64,000 bases of DNA from Dictyostelium discoideum (taxonomy: Eukaryota): assembly GCA_000004695.1 (NCBI GenBank), contig CM000155.2, positions 1,440,001 through 1,504,000 on the forward strand. Reading direction: 5' to 3'. The position numbers and the translations under genes were made by a program. The notes beneath the pieces are model-generated. The model was not told the DNA's origin. It worked only from the letters and a program-made list of their open reading frames with translations, and did not search any database. Below are positions 56,323-64,000 of the stretch, piece after piece; the stretch's first letter is position 1, and each line of letters starts with the position of its first letter.

Positions 56323-56794
56323 AGATTATTAATTTTTTTATTTATTTTTATTTTTATTATTGTTTTTTTTGGATAATAAATATATCATTTTTCCACAACA
56401 CCCACACATATTTACATATCGCGCACACGAAATACTCAAAAAAAAAAAAAAAAACAAAAATAAAAATAAAAAAATAAATTTTAAAAAAAAAAACAAAAAA
56501 AAAAAACAGAAAAGGGGGAAATTATGGAGAGGGAAGGGTTTTAATAATAAAAAAAAAAAGAAAAAAAAAAATCAACGATTGTATTGGGTTTTTTAAAACA
56601 TATATTTTTCTTTTTAAAAATTTTTAATTATTATTATTATATTGTTTATTATTATTATTGTTTTGATTAAAATTTTAATATTATTTGTTTTTTTTAATTT
56701 TTTATTTAATCCCTTTATTTCTGTTTCATTTTTTTTTTTTTGTTTTTTTTTTTTTTTTTTTTTTTTTTAATCCATTTATTTCTATTTTATATTA

Positions 56795-56865
<71 letters not shown>

Positions 56866-56905
56866 CTGTTTTTTTATAAACCACGTCATAATATTTAAAA
56901 ATACT

Positions 56906-56950
<45 letters not shown>

Positions 56951-56953
<3 letters not shown>

Positions 56954-58022
56954 AAATCATTTTTAAATAAAAATAAAAATTCAAAAAAAATAATAATATT
57001 AGATGATAATGATTTTTCAAAATATCAACAAAGATATGATTTACAAAATCAAAATATTGAAATAGTTAGTAGTCCACTCCAAAATATAAGATCACAACAA
57101 ATTAATGATGGAGTACAAATGTCAGGATCTATTCAATCTGATTTATCAAGTTCAGATAATTTCACAAGCAGTGGTGGATTTGGAGGTGGTGGTAATAGTA
57201 GCTCAAATACAAGTAATAGAAATAGTGACAATAGTACACAACGTCCATTAATGGTTGATATTGGACTAGAATATAAATATAGATTGGCATTGGAACAGAA
57301 TCCAAATGATTTTAAAGCATTAGTTAAATGGGGTAGTTTAATATATAAGAATATTAAAAATCAAATGGGTGGTAAACATGTTGATGTTTGTCTAATGGAT
57401 TGGAATGAAGAGTTAATACCAATACCACAAAATAATAATAATCATCATAATCATAATCATCATAATAATCATACAAGTGGTAATTTCACAGGAAACATTA
57501 ATAGTAATACAACATTAAGTAATTCATTCTTTGAAACTTTAAATTCATTTAACCTAAGAGAGCCATTATTTGATGTTTGTGGAAAATATCAATCATCATT
57601 ACAATTATCTGGCGGTAGTAATTTATTAAATATTCCTTTCTCAACTTTATTAAATTATAATCTTAATGAACAATTAAATATTTTAGTTAATAATTTAAAT
57701 AATTCATCACCATCATCATCATCATCATCAATAAAAACTAAAAATACTACATCCACAACTACAACTACAACAACTACAAAAAATTTAAATGATATTTCAA
57801 ATAATATAAATAATAGTAGAGTATTAAGATCAGTATCATTACCACCTGCACCACCTCCACCACCAACAGAAGATCCAAATTCACCATGGTCAGATCCAAT
57901 ATTATGGATGAAATGGGGTGATTGTTTATTTCTTTTATGTACATATTTAGAATTACCAATGTATAGAGCAACTTGTGAAAAATATTTTAAATGTATACAG
58001 ATTTTATTTAAACAACAAGAGA

Positions 58023-58053
<31 letters not shown>

Positions 58054-60625
58054 AAATCAACAAGATAAAGAAAAATTTGAAAAACAAAATAATTATAATA
58101 TAAAATTATTAGCAATTGTATTAAGAAAATGGGGTATTACATTAAGTAGATATAGTAGAAGAATGAAAAGTCAATTTTTAATGTCAGAATGGACAAGTGA
58201 TGAAAATATTCAAGTTGAAGAATTATGGAAAGTTTTACATAGTCAATCGATTCAATCATTATTGATAAGTAATAAAATATCGCCATCATTGGTAACACAA
58301 TATCATTTGGCTACGGCATATCATCGTCATGCAATAACATTGAATCAATTTGGATGTCAATCAAAAGAGGAAATCTATGGTTTAATTACAAATTCTTGTA
58401 AAATTTATTATGAAACTTTATTGGAATCATTATCAGATACATTCTTACAGCAACTACAACTTCAACAACAACAACAACCATGGCATGATATTGAATATTA
58501 TAATAATAATGAAATATTTAATGATCAATTTAAATCTAAATCATTAGAGAATTGGGGTAGAGCATTGGATGTTCAATTATCAACCAAATTAAATGATGAA
58601 GAGGAAACCATTGAGAAAGAAGAAGAAGATTTAAATTCAGTCGATGAATATTTAACAACATTTTCAAAATCAGTGTTAAAAGGTGTTACACCATCATTGG
58701 AAGGTGTGGTTTCATTATGTTTAAATTCAAAGCAAGCACTTCAATATAAAGCAATCAATAGTGTCTCTGTTTTATGTAGATCAAGTGAAATTGTAAAATC
58801 ACCAATTTACAATGAACTCATGGATCAAATGACCAAAGTTGAATCATTCGTTTCAAAAAGAGATGATGCTGAATCATTATTATCTCAACAAAAAACTTTG
58901 AAAAGTATGCCACCAAAATTACAAGCATACGTTCGTATGAGTGGTTTAGGTGAAGAAGAAATTATGAGAAATTTTGAAATTGCTTGGAATTCAATTTATT
59001 TCCTAACAAAAGATACAATTCCAAATCAACCAATACCACCAAACTATTATAGATCAAATAAAAAAAATAAATTAAAACAAAGACAATTGAATGATAGTAA
59101 TAATCAAGATGAAAAAGAAGAACCTGAAGAAATTAAACCACCTTTACTACCTTCAATTCATCGTACTAATCAATTAAATAATAATAATAATAATAATAAT
59201 AATATAAATAATAATAATATAAATAATAATAATATAAATAATAATAAAAATGGTAATAGTGGTGGTGAAACTCCATCACCATCATCATCTTTTGTTATTA
59301 CACCTTTTACATCAAATTCACAATCAAAATTTAATACACAAAGACAATTCCTCTCAAATTCAACTTTATTTAATTTATCTAGTAGTGGTATTTTTACTAA
59401 TAATAATAATAATAATAATGGTGGTTCAACTATAACTACTACAACAACCAATAATATATCACCAACTAAAACAAATGGTTGGACTTTAACTTTACCAAGT
59501 AAAGCACCAACTAGAAGAGCAACAGTTTCATTGATTAATATAAATGATTTAATTAATCAGCAACAACAAAATCAAATAAATTCTGTATCAACATTATCAC
59601 AAAATAATATAATATTAAATAATAATAATAATTTAGATAATAAACCAATTTCAAAATATATACCAAATTCAATTATTAGAACAACAGTTAATCCACCATT
59701 ATTATCAAGATGTGATGAAACTATATTTTCAAGTGGTACACCATTACCATTATTTAGGGATAAAATTAAATTGGGTACAGGTGCATTTGGAAATGTATTT
59801 TATGCAATTAGAAAATCAGATTCAAGTCCTGTTGCAATTAAAGTTTTAATGGAACGTACTAAAAAAGATAGTCCAATCATACCTGAACTCTATATTCATA
59901 GTGCTTGTAATCATTCAAATATTGTTACCTACATTGAATCCTATCTATGTAAAGGTCATGTTTGGATCATTTTAGAGTATTGTGATGGTGGTACAGTTAG
60001 AGATTTACTTCAAGCAACTTGTACTCCTGGTAATCCAAATAATTTACAATTGTTTGAAGAGACTTTAATCGCTTATATCATCACAGAGTTATTGGAAGGT
60101 TTGGTTTATTTACGTTCAAAGGGTATCATTCATAGAGATTTAAAGAGTAGAAATATTTTGTTAACTAGAAAGGGTAAAGTAAAGATTGCCGATTTCGGTC
60201 TCGCTACAACTTGTAGTTTAGGTCGTGGTAGAACTCGTATGTGTGGTACCATGGGTAGAATCGCTCCAGAGGTAATTAGAAGAGAACCCTATGACACCCA
60301 ATCTGATATCTATAGTTTGGGTTGTTTAATCATTGAAATGGCTGAAGGTACCGTTCCCTATGGTAAAGATTCCTCTTTGAAAGCATTATTCTATACAGCA
60401 ATCCATCAATATAAATTACCAAATCCTAAAAAGTATACAAAAGAATTTGTAGATTTCCTTTATCTTTGTTTAAATCCTGACCCTTTCAAAAGACCAACAC
60501 CTGAAATGTTACTACATCATACTTTCCTAAGTGGTGCTGATAGAGGTAAATCAATATTATTAGGTCGTTTTAAAAATCAAGATACAAGAAAAAATTTACT
60601 TTTGGATAATTTTGTTGCTTTTTAA
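56951..60625 (+). CDS. Serine/threonine protein kinase of 1224 aa. The catalytic domain is at the C-terminus after a long N/Q/S/T-rich region. Single exon.
   Basis: The kinase subdomains are 'LGTGAFGNVFYAIRKSDSSPVAIKVL' (GxGxxG plus the VAIK lysine), 'HRDLKSRNILL' (catalytic loop), 'KIADFGLA' (DFG) and 'GTMGRIAPEVI' (an APE-type activation segment, similar to STE-group kinases). The ATG at 56951 follows a ~50-nt A-run, and the stop is at 60623-60625. Confidence 0.85.
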
Positions 60626-60627
60626 AA

Positions 60628-60661
<34 letters not shown>

Positions 60662-60851
60662 ACCAAAAATAAAAGAAACTAATATTTAATTAAATCAATG
60701 ATCTCATTCTATTTTTAACTGGAGTTTTTTATTATTTTTTTTTGTTTTTTTTATTATTTTTTTTAGTTTTTTATTATTTTTTTTTATTATTTTTTTTTTT
60801 TTTTTTAGTTTTTTTAGTTTTTTTTTTTTATTTTATATTATTTTTTACATA

Positions 60852-61412
60852 ATGGATTTTATTATATCTTTTATCAAAAATTTATTTGGTTTTTTGACAA
60901 TTAAAAAAGTTATGATTTTAGGAGTGGAGAATGTTGGTAAAACTACTTTATTGTATAATATTTACAAATTTTATTCAGAAAATATAACAACAACAACATT
61001 ATCATCATTGCCAATACCAATACCAACAAATGGATTTAATGTTGAAAGTATTGTAATTGAGCAAGTTAAATTTGATATTTGGGATATTGGTGGTAAAGAA
61101 ACTAATAGGATATGTTATAGACACTATTTAACTAGTGAAATTGATTCAATAATATTTGTATTTGATTCGAGTGATATTAATTCATTGGAAGAATCAAAGA
61201 AAGAATATCAATATTTAAAAAATCAAATTAGTTTAAAAAATGTTCCATTTTTATTAGTTGCAAATAAACAGGATTTAAAACAACAAACAATTGAAATAGA
61301 TGAAATTTTAAAAACTTATTTTGATAAATCTTCAATTAATGAAACCATTTTAATGTCTCAAAATAATAATGATGATTTAATAAAGTGTATAAATTGGATT
61401 TTTTCAAATTAA
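60852..61412 (+). CDS. ARF-like (Arl) small GTPase of 186 aa, single exon.
   Basis: The Arf-family motifs are 'VMILGVENVGKTTLLY' (G1), 'TNGFNVESI' (the Arf T-x-G-F-N switch-I signature), 'FDIWDIGGKE' (DxGGQ-like G3) and 'LLVANKQDL' (NKxD). The acidic N-terminal amphipathic segment 'MDFIISFIKNLFGFL' is typical of Arf/Arl. Confidence 0.8.
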   Translation: MDFIISFIKNLFGFLTIKKVMILGVENVGKTTLLYNIYKFYSENITTTTLSSLPIPIPTNGFNVESIVIEQVKFDIWDIGGKETNRICYRHYLTSEIDSIIFVFDSSDINSLEESKKEYQYLKNQISLKNVPFLLVANKQDLKQQTIEIDEILKTYFDKSSINETILMSQNNNDDLIKCINWIFSN

Positions 61413-61620
61413 AGATAATTAATATTAATTTCCAACAAACAATCATTGAACCCTATCTTTTTTTCAACCAACAATCTAAAATATTATTTAAAAAAAAAAA
61501 AAAAATTAAATTAAATTTATTATAAAAAATTCAAAAACATTTATAATAAATTTTTCAATTAATTTTTTTATTAAACAAAAATTGAATATTGGGTTTATAC
61601 CTTTCCAAAAATTCACAAAT

Positions 61621-61621
61621 C

Positions 61622-61670
<49 letters not shown>
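61621..61670. repeat. 50-nt homopolymer T-tract (A-tract on the minus strand) abutting a GC-rich island.
   Basis: Visible directly. Confidence 0.95.
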
Positions 61671-61672
<2 letters not shown>

Positions 61673-61835
61673 GGTGGAGCATAAAAAAGGGATTGCAGAG
61701 GTCGGTAATGATATTTTGATTTGTCGTCTTAACCACTAGACTATTAAGGAAGTATCCATAAATTAGAATCGAACTAATGCTTACAAAGTGAATTTAATCG
61801 AAGTAACCCACCTACTCATGCCCTCAAGAAAACAA
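61671..61835. ncRNA. GC-richer island (~165 nt) with tRNA-like hairpins and Pol III-like T-run context. It is a candidate small ncRNA or tRNA-derived remnant, and it does not fold into a canonical tRNA.
   Basis: The minus strand contains a canonical T-arm, 'ATTAG-TTCGATT-CTAAT'. Immediately 3' is a canonical D-arm, 'GTCT-AGTGGTTA-AGAC'. A loop 'caaaTCAaaat' follows. The arm order is wrong for a standard cloverleaf, and I could not pair an acceptor stem. The island is flanked by T50 on one side, and 'aacccacctact' lies nearby. Confidence 0.25.
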
Positions 61836-62578
61836 TTCAATTATAATACCTTTTTTTCAACAACCAACTTTCTGATAATTTTAACAAAATAACATTTTTT
61901 TTTTTTTATTTTTTTTTATTGATATTTTATTTTGTTAATTATTTTAGAAATTGAATTTTCCTAATATCTGTATCATTGGTATTTGATAGTTTTTTTTTTT
62001 TTTTTAAAGTTTTATTTGATTAAATATAATGGTGATTTTCTGTGGGATCGATATCACCTAAAAATGATCAAATAAAAATATGGTTCTAATTCTTTAGATT
62101 ATCATTTTTTTTTCCTCAATTTTAATTATTAAACTTTTTTTTATTTGGTTTGTTTTTGGGTGTTGTATTTAATTATTGTTAATATTTATCTATTATTTTT
62201 TTAAAATTCTAAACATATATAATAATAAAAAATAAATACATTAATTTTAAAATTAATTTCTTTTGATTGACCGTTAATCAAAAGAAACAATGATTTACAT
62301 TGTAATCAATCACATAACTTGTAAACCAAAGTTTTTTAAAACAAATAAATAATAAAAAAAAAATAAATAAAAAATAAAAAAAAATAAAAATGTAAATGAA
62401 TATAAAATAATATTTTCTTTTTTAAAAAAAGGAACACCATGGATGAATTATTTTGAAGATAATATTTTTTGGAGATTTGATGTATGAACTATTTATTATT
62501 TATTATTTATTTTTATTTTTTATGTTTATTTTTTTTTTAATGTTAAAAACAAAAAAATTAAAATTCAACAAGAACAAT

Positions 62579-64000
62579 TTATTTCTTAGAACTAATACAT
62601 GATTTACATATTATTGTTTGGCCATTACTAGCTAACTGTTTAAATTTATCTTTGTCGATTTGAAAATCTTTTTTACATTTTGGACAGTTTAGTTTTTTAT
62701 CATTGCTTTTTTGATCATTTTGTTTGTTGGATTTACATGATTTACATATTATTGTTTGACCATTTTTAGCTAAATCTTTAAATTTATCTTTGTTGATTTG
62801 GAAATCATTTTTACATGTTGGACAGTTTAGTTTTTTATCACTGCTTTTTGGATCATTTTGTTTAGCTAATTTATCAGTTACATTTGAATTTGAATCGACT
62901 TGTTTATTGGATTTACATGATTTACATATTATTGTTTGACCATTTTTTGCTAAATCTTTAAATTTATCTTTATTCATATGGAAATCTTTTTTACATGTTG
63001 GACAGTTTAGTTTTTTGTCACTGCTGTCTGGATCATTTTGTTTGTTGGATTTACATGATTTGCATATTATTGTTTGACCATTTTTTGCTAAATCTCTAAA
63101 TTTATCTTTATTGATATGGAAATCATTTTTACATGTTGGACAGTTTAGTTTTTTATCACTGCTCTTTGGATCATTTTGTTTAGCTAATTTATCAGTTACA
63201 TTTGAATTTGAATTCTTTGAAGTATGACATGATTTACATTTTATTAGTTGACCAAGTTTCTTTAGTTCTTCATATTTGTCTTTGTTAAAATCAAAATTAT
63301 TTTTACAAGATGGACACTTTAGTGTTTTTAAACTACCACCATTTAAATTGGCTTGTTGTTGGTTTGAGTCTTTAGTTGGATTTGAATCTTGTTTTTGTTG
63401 AGCTGAATCGACGTATTGTTTTTTAGAATTATCATTTTTAATTTTTGATTCATCAATGGTGATGTTTTTCTTTTTTGTTTTTAATGACTCTTCTTTATTT
63501 AATTTATCACAGATCTCTCTAATGGTTCTAATCATTTCATCGGCCGATTTTCTGGCATCGAATGAAGTTGAGTTTTTAGCTTCCATTTCCATTTGATTTA
63601 AAGTAATTTGAAGTTCATCAACTAAATTAAAACCACTACAAATTTTTTTCAATTCTTTACAAGATTTTACAATATCATCGGTCATTTTATTCAAAGTGGC
63701 ACTGGCTAATTTCTTTGCTGAATCAAGATTGAGAATTTTTCCTGAAAATTCGGAAGAGAGTTCAGAGCTTTTTAAAAACTTTTCCTTCATATCTGTGAGT
63801 TCTTGCTCAACTGTCTTATTAACTTTAACCATTGTTTTTCTTCCATGATAATGAACATTGTAAAGGCACTTTGAAGGACAAATTTTGCAATTATTGGTTC
63901 CACTCATTGCTACACAACCTATGAATGCATTATCCCCTTTTGTTGATAGCTCTTCTAAGCCACCTTTTAAATGATAAAATTTATTAATAATTATTTAAAA
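62579..64000 (-). CDS. Partial gene (the 5' end lies beyond the window). It encodes a protein with a coiled-coil-like N-terminal region and ~6 tandem ~42-aa CxxC-(x20)-CxxC zinc-ribbon-like repeats.
   Basis: The tool ORF 62579..63907 has its frame open upstream to the window edge ('...GDNAFIGCVAMSGTNNCKICPSKC...'). The repeat unit 'KKLNCPTCKNDF(H/Q)INKDKF(K/R)DLAKNGQTIICKSCKSNKQND(P/Q)KSSD' occurs about 6 times. The underlying DNA is a ~126-160-bp tandem repeat (62640-63330) at high identity. I do not recognise a family. Confidence 0.55.

Noticed and set aside
61671-61835. Canonical tRNA gene, or U1/U2/U4/U5/U6 snRNA, in the GC island.
   Set aside because: The T-arm and D-arm hairpins are in the wrong order for a cloverleaf, and no acceptor stem pairs. 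None of the invariant snRNA motifs (e.g. the U6 ACAGAGA or the U1 5' ACUUACCUG) is present on either strand.

Overview
This window is nuclear DNA from a social amoeba of the Dictyostelium type, not a prokaryotic locus. The evidence is about 78% A+T content, long homopolymer and (AAT)n/(ATT)n tracts, Asn/Gln/Thr-rich low-complexity coding, and short AT-rich introns with GTAAGT/GTATGT donors and (T)nAG acceptors.

I found no CRISPR array, operon, prophage, IS element or defense island.

I reconstructed about 20 protein-coding genes by hand from the ORF track plus splice-site logic. The clearly identifiable ones are:
- the 3' end of ATP synthase gamma
- presenilin, with its PAL-motif exon found across an (AAT)n-containing intron
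- myosin M, a myosin carrying a RhoGEF DH-PH domain
- UFD2/UBE4 U-box ligase
- UNC-50
- glycine-cleavage T protein
- an M3 thimet-like peptidase
- an FAD monooxygenase
- AMP deaminase
- a Ser/Thr kinase
- an ARF-like GTPase

Other genes are a LysM protein, a large patatin-phospholipase gene with a RING-like finger, a RING+F-box+WD40 protein, an atypical Ras-like GTPase, a secreted PT-repeat glycoprotein, and a partial protein made of tandem CxxC...CxxC repeats.

There is one tRNA-Gln(UUG) gene followed by a downstream external B-box. The items most worth a second look are:
- the RING/F-box/WD40 domain combination
- a frame break inside the patatin/RING gene
- an apparent -1 frameshift ahead of the PT-repeat tail of the glycoprotein
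- a G/C-bearing dispersed repeat, 'CCCCCTTAGG', in an intergenic region
- two small GC islands with Pol III-like T-runs that could be ncRNAs
- an in-frame intronic (CAT)n microsatellite that a naive ORF caller reads as poly-His

Exon coordinates were derived by hand and may be off by a few nucleotides.
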